Of a stretch of 64,000 bases of DNA, positions 1 through 13,482 are shown piece by piece; position 1 is the first letter of the stretch; each line of letters begins with the position of its first letter. The notes beneath the pieces were generated by a model, which had not been told where the DNA came from, ran no database searches, and saw only the letters and a list, made by a program, of their open reading frames with translations. Origin of the DNA: Octopus vulgaris (lineage: Eukaryota); the NCBI GenBank assembly GCA_951406725.2, contig OX597819.1, positions 123,876,001 to 123,940,000 of the forward strand, given 5' to 3'. The translations under genes and the position numbers were made by a program.

Positions 1-1170
1 TGTATGTATGTATGTGTGTATAGTATGTGTGTGTGTATGTATGTATGTGTCCATGCGTGTATGTGTGCATGTGTGTGTCTGTATGTATGTATGTATATGT
101 ATGTGTGTGTGTATGTATATATGTGTCTATGTATGTATGTGTGTATGTATGTGTGTATGTGTGTGTGTATGTATGTGTGTGTGTATGTATGTATGTATGT
201 AAGTGTGTGTGTATGTATGTGTATATATGTATGTGTGCATGCGTGTATGTGTGTATGTGCGTGTGTGTACGTATGTGTGTATATGTATGTGTGTGTATGT
301 ATGTGTGTATGCATATATGCATGTGTGTATGTGTGTGTGTATGTATGTGTGTATTTGTGTATGTGTGTGTATGTATGTATGTATATGTATGTGTGTGTAT
401 GTGTGTATGTATGTGTTTGTGTGTATGTGTACGTGTGTGTATGTATGTTTGTGTGTATGTGTGTATCTGTGTATGTATGTGTGTTGTATGTATGTATGTA
501 TTATGTGTGTGTACGTGTGTGTATGTATGCATGTATGTATGTGTGTGTATGTATGTGTGCGTGCGTGTGTGTGTGGCTATGTGTGTGTGTATGTATGTGT
601 GTATGTATATGTATGTGTGTGTATGTATGTATGTGTGTATGTATGTGTGTGTGAATGTATGTATGTGTGCATATGTGTATGTATGTGTGTGTGTATGTAT
701 GTGTGTGTATATATGTATGTGTATGTGTATGTATGTATGAATGTATGTATGTATGTATGTATGTGTGCGTGTGTGTGTATGTATGTATGAATGTATCTAT
801 GTATGTATTATGTGTGTGTATGTATGTATGTGTGTGTGTGAATGTGTACGTGTGGGGGTGGGGTTGGAGTTGTGTGGGCGTAAGGTACATGTGCGTGTGT
901 GCGCTTACGTGCGTGTATCTGTGCGTCCCAGCTAGGTGTTTACAGGAGTGTGCGTATCTGTATGAGTATTGTCCCTGGTGTGTGTGCACGGGCATGTGTG
1001 TGTGTGCACGTGTGTGTGTGCACGTGTGTGTGTGCACGTGGGGGTGTGTGGGTGTGTGTATGGGTGTGGAAGTATGTGTGCGTACATGTGCATGTACGTT
1101 GTGTGTGTGTGGTGTGTTGGGAGTAGGTGTGTACGTGGGTACGTGAGTATGTGTGTGTGTGTGTGTGTGT
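1..1170. repeat. Degenerate (GT)n/(GTAT)n microsatellite field
   Basis: Continuous mixed GT/GTAT repeats; the V/C/M/Y-only ORFs here are artefacts. Confidence 0.97.
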
Positions 1171-1248
1171 GACTGCATAAGGACAATTATAAAAATTTTT
1201 TAAAAAAATAATAATAATAATAATTAATAAACAATTTATTTATATATA

Positions 1249-1331
<83 letters not shown>

Positions 1332-1341
1332 TTATATATAT

Positions 1342-2535
1342 TGTAACGAAACGGACTGGATCGCCCGTCGTCGCCCGTCCCGAACGGCTCACACAAGTTC
1401 CGCCACGGAACCCAAAGAGGCGGAGAGAGGAGATACAGATAGATACTGCCACAACCTCAACAGCACAGAGATACAGAGGCACAACCCGAGATACAACCCA
1501 AAGAGGCAAGGCAACAACTGGCAACACTGGCTTATATTCAAACAACAGTTTATATGACAATCAATTGCTACACATCAAATACATTTAAGGCAGACATTTA
1601 AAGGAAGACATGCACGTGACTACTCAATACATCATACAACAGATCAAACATTTAACAACAGCATTTCAAGATTACAATTCAAAGCATAATACAACATCAT
1701 GTAACAATTCAAGAGTACACGTCCCAAGACAACAGTTCTCTTAAAGTCTCTTTCTGAACATCAATACCACAACTCGATAATCGACACATCGACAGAGTCT
1801 CTGACTGTTCTCTTCACTGTTCAATACACCGTGACACATATCAATGCACAACACATACCTCAATTCCCAATTGAATCTGCCAGTGTCCCATTCCTCTCAA
1901 TACTGCTAAATCCTCTGAATACTCTGCTAATTCCCCTCTGTGCATATTCCAATCGCTCGCTCCTAGGCCTCCTCGCATCCCAGCTCGCTCCCAGGAATTC
2001 CAACGCTTGCTCCTTAAATCCAAGGTTCCATCCACTCGCTCTGACCTCCAGAGTCCGTCTGTCTTCCTCGAGGACCGGCCAGCGACCGCAAGATCCGTCT
2101 GTGTTCCTCGACGACCGCTCAACGACTGCCAAGACCTCACTTCGTCTCTGTGCTTCTTCCACTCCCTCATCTCCCTCTGTACCGCTCATACCCTTTCTAA
2201 CTGCCCTGGTCCCTATACCCTATCTATATCGCCTGCTGTCTCTTAGCCTTTCTATTTGCTATCTGATTCCTTACTCTATCTATATCGCCTGCTGTCTCTT
2301 AGCCTCTCCATCCGTCCCCTACTGCTTATACCCTATCTCTATTTGCTCTCAGCCCTTAATCTGTCTTCCTCTTCTTTCACTTCTCACTGACCCTCTTATC
2401 AACCACACGAGGTCACAGGTCATTCCAAAACCCATTAGTCCTCCATTAGACAAAAGACTGTCACATTTCGCCCAGACATGCCGGAACCATAATTCCAATG
2501 TGGGTCACCAGAAATGCACTTAGCCAACCGTAACA
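1342..2535. mobile_element. Probable solo LTR (~1.2 kb) inserted in a (TA)n tract
   Basis: Starts TGTAACG and ends CGTAACA (TG..CA, 6/7 inverted match); ATAT on both sides; GC-richer than its flanks; no convincing protein domain. Confidence 0.65.
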
Positions 2536-2568
2536 ATATATATATATATATTTATATATATATTTATA

Positions 2569-2633
<65 letters not shown>

Positions 2634-2917
2634 TTATATATATATATTTATATATATATATATACATATATATATACATATATACATATATATATATATA
2701 CATATATACATACATATATACATATATATATACATATATATATATACATATATACATATATATATACATATATATATACATATATTAATAAAAAGAATTC
2801 CAACCTTGTCTGATTTTCACGTTTTATTTACAATCTTATAATGATATATTATAAGATAATATATTATAATTGAATAAAATAAAATGAAATAGTAGAATGT
2901 TAAATATTCATTCTGAT

Positions 2918-2962
2918 TGAACTAGTACTTTCATGCATTGAATTCTGCAATCTTCGGGTTCA
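2918..2962 (-). ncRNA. Minimal type I hammerhead ribozyme at the 3' end of the Penelope-like element
   Basis: Minus strand reads TGAAC-CCGAAGA-TTGCA gaattcaa TGCAT-GAAA-GTAC-TA-GTTCA: 5-bp stem I, TGCA/TGCA stem II, palindromic stem III, variant core CCGAAGA. Confidence 0.75.
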
Positions 2963-3456
2963 TGTAGTAGTGTTGACAGTCATGCTTCACAATTTTTGAC
3001 TGTAGCAAGATGAGTGATTCTGTGCTATAAATACAGCTGGGTAGGCTCCAGAGTGCTAGGTTTTGCAAACTGTATTCTGACCAATCAGTGTGTAGTATCA
3101 CTCAATTACTTAAGCTGATTGGTTGGTTGAGCTGATTGGTTTAGGCATCACGCTTTGTTGGACAGGTCAAGAGTCCTGTATCTTGACCCTGGCCGAAGCA
3201 GCAATTGTTGGGTTATTTTTAGAAATGTTGTAAATATCCTTTGTCAGAGATTTTTATATTTTTATATTTCAATTGTCATCATCATCATTGTCAGCACCTT
3301 AATTATTGTTGCTAGTGGTGATGGTGGTGGCAATAGAACTTTTAACCCTAAATAAGATAATTTTCCTGCTATCTTCGTCTTGATCACCTTTAGTATTGTT
3401 GTTGTTGTTAGTGGTCATGGTCGTAGCAGTGGAAGTAATACCTCTAAGTATTATTA

Positions 3457-5760
3457 TTATTGCTTATTTAGCTTGGGTTCGAATTTATCAATAAAATTCT
3501 TTTCTCTGATTTTCCTCTCGATTTCACTTGGGCTGTGTAATTTGTAGAATGGAAATATTATATATATTTTCCGACCACATGTTGCTAGGTGGTTACTCAA
3601 AGGTATCTGACGGACCTCTGGGTCTCTAATCTGTTGCCGGTGTACACGTGAGCGTTCTAATAGTGCGTTTCCCGTCTGACCTACATATATTTCTTCACAA
3701 TTTGGGCATTTGATGCAGTAAATTAAATTTCTGCTTTTGCAGTTCATATTCGCGTTTGTGAATATTTTCCCGGTTTTTGTGTTTATATATTGACCGGTAT
3801 GTATGAATTGGCATGTGCCACATCGGCTATCATTGCATTTAGATACCGTGAATGTTTGGTCTTTGTTGCTAAGGTCAAATTTTGCCTTTGTTAGTAATGT
3901 TTTCAAGTTTTTAGGCTGTCTTTTACTAAGCACCATAGCTCGATCCTTGATTATGTCTTTTAATTCATTACTTTGGGCAATGATTGGTAGGTTTGCTTTG
4001 GCAATGTTGAAGATATTCTGGTGACATGGGTTGTGTGTCACTATGAATGGTATGACTTGTTCTTGTTTTCCTCTTCCTTGGGTTGTCCTAAGTTGTTGTA
4101 TAGGTATTTTTATAGCCCGCTGTATGCCATTTTCTATAAGTAGAGATGGGTATTTTTGTTTGAGCAAAAATTCTCTTAGTTCTATTAGGCGTTTGTTCCT
4201 GATATTTGCATCTTCTACAATAGTACAAATTCTTCTGGCTAGGCAGTATGGGATGTTACGTTTTGTATGTGGTGGATGGCACGACTTAAAATTTAGGTAT
4301 TGATGTGTGTCTGTGTGTTTATAGTATATATCTGTGGTGATGGTGGTGTCTTTTTTAATTACCATTATATCCAGGAATGGTAATTTGGTACTACTCATCT
4401 CCTTTGTAAATTTGAGAGATGGGTGTAGGTTGTTCAGGAGGATATTGAACTCTTCCAGAGTATTTAGAGATTCTGTCCAGATTATGAAACAGTCGTCTAG
4501 GTATCTCTTCCATGCCTTTTCAATATACTTTCTAAATCCAGTGCCATAGTTTACCTCCACCTCTTGGTAGAGTTGTTCTTCTAAGTATCCCATTACAGAG
4601 TTGGCGTAAACGGGAGCAAACCTCGTTCCCATCGCCGTGCCTCTAATTTGGATGTAATTCTTTCCATTGAAGAAGAATGTGTTATTTTCTAGAATAAGTT
4701 TGACTGTGTCTAATATAAATGGCACTGTGAATCTGCTGGGAATCACTTCTCTATGTTTTTCTAACCAGTATTTAATCGCCTTTATTCCTAAATCGTGTGG
4801 AATATTGGTGTAGAGGCTTACCACATCAAAACTTAGTAAAACTGAATTTGTTTCTGTTGTTTTGGGAAGATGGGACAGGAAGTCGATGTCATCCCTGATG
4901 AAACTTGGTATGTAAGTACATAGTGGTTTCAAAACAATGTCAATAAAATTGCTTAGACGGTTTGTAGGGCATGCTGGACCAGCTATAATAGGTCTAAGTT
5001 TTAGGTCTTTTGGATGTAATAATTTTATGTACTCACTTTCTTGTTCTTTTACTGCCTGTTGAATGTTTTTTTATTTGTGTATTTTTGGTAAGCCGTAGAA
5101 GTTGCTGGGTTTTGGTTCAAAATTGGTGATGTAGTCTTTTTCATTATCCGTAAGTGAGTTGTGGTGTGTTGAAATCAGGTTGTTGATCTTTTTCATGATG
5201 TGGTGGTCTATATTTGCGGGTATTTCACAATAGAAGGTTGTATCCTTCAGTTGGTCTTCAACCCAATCCTTATAGTATTCGGTATCCATAATAACAATTG
5301 CACCACCTTTATCTGCTTGTTTAATTATTATTGTTTGATCGTTTTGTATACGTTTACATGCAGACATCTCTGATTTGCTAATGTTTGGCCTAACATTGGT
5401 ATTGCGTCTAAGGGGAAATTTAGACAGGATATCAATGTATTGGTCAAGGTAGTTATTTCTTCCTTTTGGTGGGGTGAAATTTGATTTATTCCTTACTAGG
5501 GATTCATCAATCTCATTACTTTTGTTAGCGAAGAATTCTACAAGTCGTAATTTTCGACAGAATTTTTGGATATCCTCCTTTAATTCTTGGTGGTTGGCTG
5601 TTGGTGTAGGTGTGAATTTCAGTCCTTTTGACAGAAGTTGGATTTCATCATTGTCAAGATCTCTTTTTGATAAATTAATTATTTTAGGATCTATACGTTC
5701 AGTTTTTTGGGGTATGTTTCCTCTTGGATTTTTTCTTTCTCCGGTGTTTGTTGTCCTGAC
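3457..5760 (-). pseudogene. Penelope-like reverse transcriptase-GIY-YIG endonuclease ORF with one in-frame stop at 5071-5073
   Basis: ORFs 5071..6042 and 3457..4932 share a frame and join through [13 protein letters not shown]...LRPIIAG. Motifs: [40 protein letters not shown]-x4-C-x2-C linker, LIYCIKCPNCEEIYVGQT. The true start is not visible. Confidence 0.92.
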
Positions 5761-5942
5761 GTAAAAAAATGGATTTTTTTCTGGTTTGATCTGGTATATA
5801 CTGATTTTTTTCTGGTTTGATCTGGTATATTCTGGTTTTTTCTGGTATATACATATATATATATATATATATATACATATATATATACATATATATATAT
5901 ATACATATATATATACATATATATATATACATATATATATAC

Positions 5943-5973
<31 letters not shown>

Positions 5974-6102
5974 CATATATATACATATATATATATACAT
6001 ATATACATATATATACATATATATATATACATATATATACATATATATATATATACATATATATATACATATATATATATATACATAAATATATATACAT
6101 AA

Positions 6103-6137
<35 letters not shown>

Positions 6138-6333
6138 CAGAAACAGCAATGTAATTATGTACACGCAGGCAGAAGAGTGCATACACACACACGCATACGC
6201 ACACACACGCACGCATGCGCACACACAGAGTATAAACACACATCTGTACATGTGGTGTTCCCCATCTTCTGTGAATTAGAAATCACTTACCATTTCGATT
6301 TTATCCCAACTCCATCTGTACTTTCAGGTCAAT

Positions 6334-6406
6334 ATGATACGACTATTTCCTATTTGCCTGTTGTTTTTGATAGAAGTAACAGTTTCTAAGGAAGCAGATG
6401 GCAGCG
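6334..6406 (+). CDS. First coding exon of a small secreted cysteine-rich protein (signal peptide [24 protein letters not shown])
   Basis: Acceptor ctgtactttcag|G at 6327/6328, ATG at 6334, hydrophobic h-region, donor G|gtaagt at 6406/6407, phase 1. Confidence 0.85.
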
Positions 6407-6549
6407 GTAAGTTTCCACTAAGATATATAAATACTGAATAATCATACATTCCGAAATTGCCTGAACACAAATTCATTTTTCTATTTGATCATTCATTTGT
6501 TTGTGCCTTTAGTTAGTGTTACATTTAGCGATAATTGACTTCCATTATC

Positions 6550-6663
<114 letters not shown>

Positions 6664-6875
6664 GTGTATGTGTTTGTAAATACATAGACATATTAGAAGG
6701 TTTGGAGATGATGTACAGGTATTTTATACTAGAAGAAATGAGGTACTCAGAAATTCGGATGGTTTTATATTTACAGATATTTATTTGTATATTACATGTT
6801 TTTATACATCATATATCATATATCATATATTAGCGCTTTCGTCCATTCTAGTGGAGTTTTCAAATTGAACTTTAA

Positions 6876-6912
<37 letters not shown>

Positions 6913-7329
6913 TACAAAGTGAGATAGGGGTTATGAGTGTAACCCACTATGGGATATCATTTATCCAATATACTGCCAGTAAAGTACCCAGAAGGCTAAT
7001 ACATAAATAGCAGAATGCACATATTCCTTTATTGGTATTATTAATAATAATAATAATATTAATACTTTTTAGTAATGTAATACAATGAACTTTGGACTTT
7101 GTATATGTACACTTTGATGTGGATATATATATGTATATTCCAGTATATAGATCTGATTAACTGTAACCTTATATGTATGTTTATTATTATGTATATACTA
7201 TATATATATGTATATGTAGGTGTATATACACTTATATGTATATGTATATATGTATAAATGCATATTCTTGTATATGTGTACCTTGTTTAATATTCATATT
7301 TATAATTGTACTTTATAATTGTACTTTAT

Positions 7330-7459
7330 AATCCCTGACGAGGCCTTGAGATATATATATATAAGTAACTCATTTTTAACTGCATATTACCTCAATACAT
7401 CTGACTAATATGGGCATAATGAGATACTCTTATCTACAGGCTGAAACAGCTGTAAGATC
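7330..7459 (+). ncRNA. Type I hammerhead ribozyme with long stem II insert
   Basis: ATCC-CTGACGA-GGCCTtgAGATA...TATCTacAGGCT-GAAA-CAGCTG-TA-AGAT; stem I is weak (first pair mismatched). Confidence 0.75.
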
Positions 7460-7654
7460 CATTTTATATGAATTATTCTTATGGTATTATCTTACTTATT
7501 GATGAATATTGTTTTATTCTGTCTTATTCTGTTGGATTTGGATGTTCCTATTTAATCTAAATAATTAGTTAATAAATTATATGAATTGGTATTATCTGGA
7601 AGTTGATGATGGAAAGAAATCTATTCCTCCATTTTCTTATTTTGTATATATGTG

Positions 7655-7862
<208 letters not shown>

Positions 7863-7871
7863 GTATGTATG

Positions 7872-7905
<34 letters not shown>

Positions 7906-8022
7906 TGTATGTATGTATGTATGTATGTATGTATGTATGTATGTATGTATGTATGTATGTATACACACACGTACATATTTATATATACGTGTATGTATAA
8001 AGATTGGAGACTGTCAGAATGA

Positions 8023-8080
8023 TATGGCCGCCTCTGATGAGAACCCAAAAAGGTTCGAAAATCAATTAAGGTTGTTCATA
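8023..8080 (+). ncRNA. Compact type I hammerhead ribozyme
   Basis: GCCT-CTGATGA-GAACC caaaaa GGTTC-GAAA-ATCAAT-TA-AGGT; canonical core and perfect 5-bp stem II. Confidence 0.85.
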
Positions 8081-8092
8081 ATTTTTTTCTTA

Positions 8093-8505
8093 GGCGTAGG
8101 AGTGGCTGTGTGGTAAGTAGCTTGCTTACCAACCACATGGTTACGGGTCCAGTCCCACTGCGTGGTACTTTGGGCGAGTGACTTCTACTGTAGCCTCGGG
8201 CCGACCAAAGCCTTGTGAGTGGATTTGGTAGACGCAAACTGAAAGATGCCTTCATATTTATATGTATGTGTGTGTGTGTGTATGTTTGTGTGTCTGTGTT
8301 TGTCCCCCCAACATCGCTTGACAACCGATTCTGGTGTGTTTACGTCCCCATAACTTAGCGGTTCGGCAAAAGTGTCCGATAATATAAGTAGTAGGCTTAC
8401 AAAGTATATGTCCTGGGGTCGCTTTGCTCGACTAAAGGCGGTGCTCCGGCATGGCCACAGTCAAATGACGGAAACAAGTAAAAGAGTAAAAGAGTAAAAA
8501 AAGAG
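8093..8505 (+). mobile_element. tRNA-derived SINE family B (CORE-like), with internal microsatellite and (AAAGAGTA)n tail
   Basis: A box TGGCTGTGTGG and B-box-like segment, CORE-like CCTTGGGCAAGT in most copies; highly similar copies elsewhere in the window. Confidence 0.9.
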
Positions 8506-8749
8506 TATATACATACATATAAGCTCACCTGAATTCCTCTGATAGCCACTCTTTACCACGCGGACTTGATACTCGGTAGAGTTTTCAGAGTGTAACATCC
8601 AATCCCTTGTGCATTACTATGTGTTATATATATTTAGAATCGCTTGATTTCATGTGATGATGCTCCCTCTTTCTCTCACCTTTTCCCTCTCTCTGTATAT
8701 GTATACATACATACATACATACATACATACATACATAATACACACACAT

Positions 8750-8818
<69 letters not shown>

Positions 8819-8991
8819 GATAATACAAATAAGAAAATGGAGAAACAAATTCAGATTGTTCATCATCTTACGGATATTATAGTGCTAGATATTTATTCAT
8901 TTTACAAATGAGAACATCAAAATATTATATAAATCAATAATACAAATACAGACTTTAAAAGTCATATTATAAATTATTGAAATCCAAAAAC

Positions 8992-9134
8992 TACATCTTA
9001 CAGCTGTTTCAGCCTATGGTGAAAAGTGAATCCAATTTACATTGCCTATAGATGTCAATATATTAGGGTTGTAGGGATTTAAAAAATATAATACTTATAT
9101 GTTAAAAGAACCATAGGCCTCGTCAGAGGATATA
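8992..9134 (-). ncRNA. Type I hammerhead ribozyme with long stem II insert
   Basis: Minus strand: TATATCCT-CTGACGA-GGCCTATGGT...ACCATAGGCT-GAAA-CAGCTG-TA-AGATGTA; 10-bp stem II. Confidence 0.85.
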
Positions 9135-9589
9135 ATTAACTTTAAGAATATAATAATAATATTAATATACTAAACATGCTGCACTGATTACTTAATATAT
9201 ACAAATAAACAATAAAAAAATATCCCAAAATACATACATATATATATATACATTCATATAAAAAAAAAATACATATATACATACATAAGTAAAGCGTACA
9301 TACTATTCACATGCGCAAAATATATTAATGAACACCATTGAACAATATATTACGTTGGATATACCATGCGTCGTATAGTTATGTATAATACATTATAATG
9401 TATATACACTACTATGTTTATCAGTAACAACATTATTCTTGCTTTAACGATAATCTTCAACAGATCATACATACTATACTAATGTCTACTAACATAACAA
9501 AAATTTCCGATAAAAGGTTCAAAATATATATTCATACATATACATATATATATATATATACGAGAAAGAAGCAACAAGAATGGATTAGT

Positions 9590-9680
9590 TTTTAGTACAA
9601 TTGTTTCATACAAAGACAGGCTTTATTACAAGTTGCAAAAATTGCAGCAGATAAAAGTGTCCCGTACTCATCAGCTAAAA
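9590..9680 (-). ncRNA. Type I hammerhead ribozyme (left arm copy)
   Basis: Reverse complement of 10847-10937. Confidence 0.85.
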
Positions 9681-9993
9681 TACATATGAGTTCTCTAGAC
9701 ATCTTAGTGGGTGAGGTTATACTCATGAAATATTGGAGATAATTCCATTAAAGGCAGATATAGGTTGTAAACAGTTTTCCAAAGTTCCTTAATGATGATG
9801 CACCGTCTTATCACAGATTTTTAAAAACTTATTAGTTTCGAAGAGAAGATTAATTAATCCATAGTGTAGATTTAAATTTCCAGAGATAAGAGGAGGATGA
9901 TGCACAGACTTATCACAGGTTTTTAAAAACTTATTAGCTTCACAGAAAAGGTGAATTAATCCATAGTGTAGATTTAAATTTCCAGAGATATGA

Positions 9994-10037
<44 letters not shown>

Positions 10038-10846
10038 TTTTCTCCTCATAGTTCCTGAATTCTTAAAGATTCAAGCTAACTAAATTGTCTACAAATTCTT
10101 CTGTATTTGGTCACTTTGGAACCCCCTCCCGCTAAGTTGTCGCTGTATACTCTATATAGGCGCCTTTTCTTTTATCCCTCTTCCCCTTTTTTTCTTTTTT
10201 TCTTTTCCTTTTTCTTTTTTTCTTTTTCTTTTTCTTTTTCTTTTCTATCCTTCTCCCCCCGTTTCTCTTTCTTTTTTCTTTTTTCTTTTTCTTTTTCTTT
10301 TCCTTCTTTCTTCTTCTTCTCCTTTTTCTTTTTTCTTTTTTCCTTGTCTCTTTTCTTTTTTCTCTTATTTTATTTTCTTTGCCCCACAAATAAATTCCTT
10401 CAGCCTTTAGAAATCTTAACATAGCAGTTTTGCTCGGAGAGCAGTAATATGGCAAATTACCTTATCATATAGCATGAAATGATTGTGGATTAATAATGGT
10501 TAAATACATCGTCTGTGAGTATGAAATTCCTCCTCTTACCGCTGGAAATTTAAATCTTCACTACGGATTAATTCACCTTTTCTGTGAAGCTAATAAGTTT
10601 TTAAAAACCTGTGATAAGTCTGTGCATCATCCTCCTCTTATCTCTGGAAATTTAAATCTACACTATGGATTAATTCATCTTCTCTTCGAAACTAATAAGT
10701 TTTTAAAAATATGTGATAAGACTGTGCATCATCATTAAGGAACTTTGGAAAACTGTTTACAACCTATATCTGCCTTTAATGGAATTATCTCCAATATTTC
10801 ATGAGTATAACCTCACCCACTAAGATGTCTAGAGAACTCATATGTA

Positions 10847-10937
10847 TTTTAGCTGATGAGTACGGGACACTTTTATCTGCTGCAATTTTTGCAACTTGTA
10901 ATAAAGCCTGTCTTTGTATGAAACAATTGTACTAAAA
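10847..10937 (+). ncRNA. Type I hammerhead ribozyme (right arm copy)
   Basis: TTTTAG-CTGATGA-GTACGGGACA...TGTCTTTGTAT-GAAA-CAATTG-TA-CTAAAA; perfect 6-bp stem I, palindromic stem III. Confidence 0.88.
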
Positions 10938-11075
10938 ACTAATCCATTCTTGTTGCTTCTTTCTCGTTTATAATCACTCCACATTACTGTATGGTTAACA
11001 CCATATAGTTTTTCTGGTGCATCTAAGTTAAGTACACATTCAAGTAAATTCATTGGAATTTACTTGAATCTTAAT

Positions 11076-11148
<73 letters not shown>

Positions 11149-11429
11149 GCACAAACAAAATATATGCGTAAATCAGACAAACATAATCTAGATATTACTT
11201 AATACATCCACGTAAAGCGAACAAATTGAATTTTAAAATCCTAAATAGTCAATCCAAACTTAATGTCTAAGCTGAATTTAATCCACAATGTTTAGGCTTC
11301 TGTTATATGCATATTAAAGTTTATACATCCACGTAACGCTAACAAATTCAATTTTAAAATCCAAAATAGTAATTCCAAACTCTATGTCAAAGCTCTCGGG
11401 CAGCACAGATTGGAGCCTCTGCTTCCGGT

Positions 11430-13430
11430 TTTAAATTACTTTTAGTCCTCCACAGCCATCTTTTTCTCTGTTTGTCTTATCTTCAACATTTCTATGGAAT
11501 TGACCATGCATTCTTTTCCTTACCCACCTATTTTCAGATTCATTCGTTTTCAATTTCTTGTATAGTGCTTTATCTTTGCAATCTTTCATCCTACACAAGC
11601 CCGACCTTCCTACTTCTAATAATAGCGGTTCTGTGGCATTTTTCACAGTCCATGCTATGTTGTTTTCTTATCCTCTAATGCTGAGTTCGCATCCATTACG
11701 TCCTCTTCACCTACGTTTTCTTAGTAAATACAATCTATCTGTGTCACTTTTTTAGTGGAATGTCCCGTATCTAAAGAGTGAAACCACCCAGGTGTTGATA
11801 GCTTCGATCTTATTCCGTCCGTTTAATTTCGACTTAAGGATCAGTCTCAGTCCGCGCAGGTACTCCACTTTAAATTTTTCTATCATTTCTTTTTCCATCT
11901 ATTTATCCATTTCCAAAATCCTCAAGTACTTATACACCGTCTCTCCTATCTGCTTCATAACCTCCCCCGACGGTATCATTAACCCGTCCATACATTTGAT
12001 TTTGCCTCTCTTCAAGACTAACACAGCACACTTTCTCAGTCCGAACTCCGTTCTGATATCAGCGCTGAAAGTATACCCCGTATCAACGAGGGAACTAACT
12101 TGGGCTTCATCTTTACCATAAAGTTTGAGGTCATCCATGAATAACAAATGGTTGACTTTTTGTTGGCGGCTTTTGAATATATACCCAGCTTTTGCTTTCC
12201 TCTGAATCAGTGTTAGTGGTATCAAGCACAGATCAGTGGGGACAGGCAGTCCCCTTGGAAGATACCCAACCTGATTTCTACTCTCCCTAGCCGTCTTTTA
12301 CTGTCAGGTTCGTCCTCCAATTCGCCATAATTTTTCCCAGCAATCGCTCATTATTTGATGCAATACCAAATAGGTCCATACACTCCTTAATCCAAGAATG
12401 TGGGATCATATCGTACGTCTTACGCTAGTCGATCCATGACATAGCTAAGTTACTTTTCCTCCTCTTGCAGTCTCTGAGTACAGTTTTGTCTGTCAGGAAT
12501 TGATCCTTGGTACCTCTGCACTTACGTTTGCAACCCATCTGCTCATGTGGCAAGACTCCATTTTTTTCCAGATATTCGTAAATTGACTCTGCGAGTATTC
12601 CAGTCAATAACTTCCACATAAGTGGCAAATAGGATATCGGCTTGTAATTGTCTACCGTATTGCCTTCTACGATGTTTTTCAGGCACAGCACAGTCCTACC
12701 CAATATCAACCATTCTGGTGTTACCTGGTCGGCATTTAACAAGGTGTTGAGCTGTGCAGCTATTCGTGCATGACATTCACCAAATCTTTTGATCCAGTAG
12801 CCTTGAACTCCATCTGGTCCCGGAGCTTTCCAGTTGGTGGCTGGTTTTTTTTTTTTGCTTTTTTTTTTGCTAATTTCCTTCACTTCCCTAAATGAAATGA
12901 TTAGTTCTGCCTGTTTTGGACAGACTACTGTTTGTTTCAGTTCTTGCCACCATTCAGCATCCTTCTTTTTCGCTTTGTCTTTCCTCCATATGTTTCTTTA
13001 CTACCCACAAGGGGCTAAACATAGAGGGGACAAACAAGGACAGACAAACGGATTAAGTCGATTACATCGGCCCCAGTGCGTAACTGCTACTTAATTTATC
13101 GACTCCGAAAGGATGAAAGGCAAAGTCGACCTCGGCGGAATTTGAACTCAGAACGTAGCGACGGGCGAAATACCGCGAAGCACTTCGCTCGCCGCCTTTC
13201 CTCCATATGTCACTCTCAAACCTCTGACATTCATTGTTCCCTGGTATCAACTTTTTATCTGTGCACTCTCCATTTATTTCTTTATAGAATATCTTCTGAT
13301 CTACTCTGAATAACCTATTCTTTTGGCGGTGCTGTTACAGTTCCACCATTACCACTTTCAGGCCCTTTCTTTCAATATTATATTTCTTTTTCAATGCCTG
13401 TATTTTTGTTCGCTTTGAAGTTCCCCTATT
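11430..13430 (-). mobile_element. Decayed R4/Dong-like (REL-clade) LINE reverse transcriptase, interrupted by a SINE A at ~12995-13197
   Basis: NWKAPGPDGVQGYWIK, YKPISYLPLMWKLLTG, MSWID, FQGD, HLLFMDDLKLYG, spread across frameshifts. Confidence 0.9.
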
Positions 13431-13441
13431 TCTTATTATTA

Positions 13442-13482
<41 letters not shown>

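Larger units (their letters stand above)
2790..5845 (-). mobile_element. Penelope-like retroelement (Neptune-type architecture) embedded in TA microsatellites
   Basis: RT plus C-terminal GIY-YIG ORF, a downstream hammerhead, and (TA)-rich tracts on both sides. Confidence 0.9.
9561..10966. mobile_element. Non-coding element with ~430-bp inverted arms, each carrying a hammerhead (Penelope-derived, retrozyme-like)
   Basis: 9561-9986 is a near-perfect reverse complement of 10542-10966; internal ~110-bp tandem subunit; pyrimidine-rich spacer; TA tracts on both flanks. Confidence 0.8.

Noticed and set aside
4-1186. Many long overlapping ORFs, and similar ones at 2514, 5691-6389, 7569-8116, 19582-20320 and 45583-46415
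   Set aside because: Translations of dinucleotide and tetranucleotide microsatellites that lack stop codons
1831-2523. 230-aa ORF inside the putative solo LTR
   Set aside because: Low-complexity S/L/P/I composition, non-ATG start, no domain motif
5071-5073. Programmed readthrough or selenocysteine recoding in the Penelope ORF
   Set aside because: The stop is TAA, not TGA, and occurs once; a point mutation or sequencing error is simpler
10107-10455. Phe/Ser-rich and Lys/Arg/Glu-rich ORFs
   Set aside because: The two strands of one polypyrimidine tract
11201-11394. Diverged tandem duplication with ~120-bp period
   Set aside because: Only two copies, with no structure or coding signal; an ordinary local duplication
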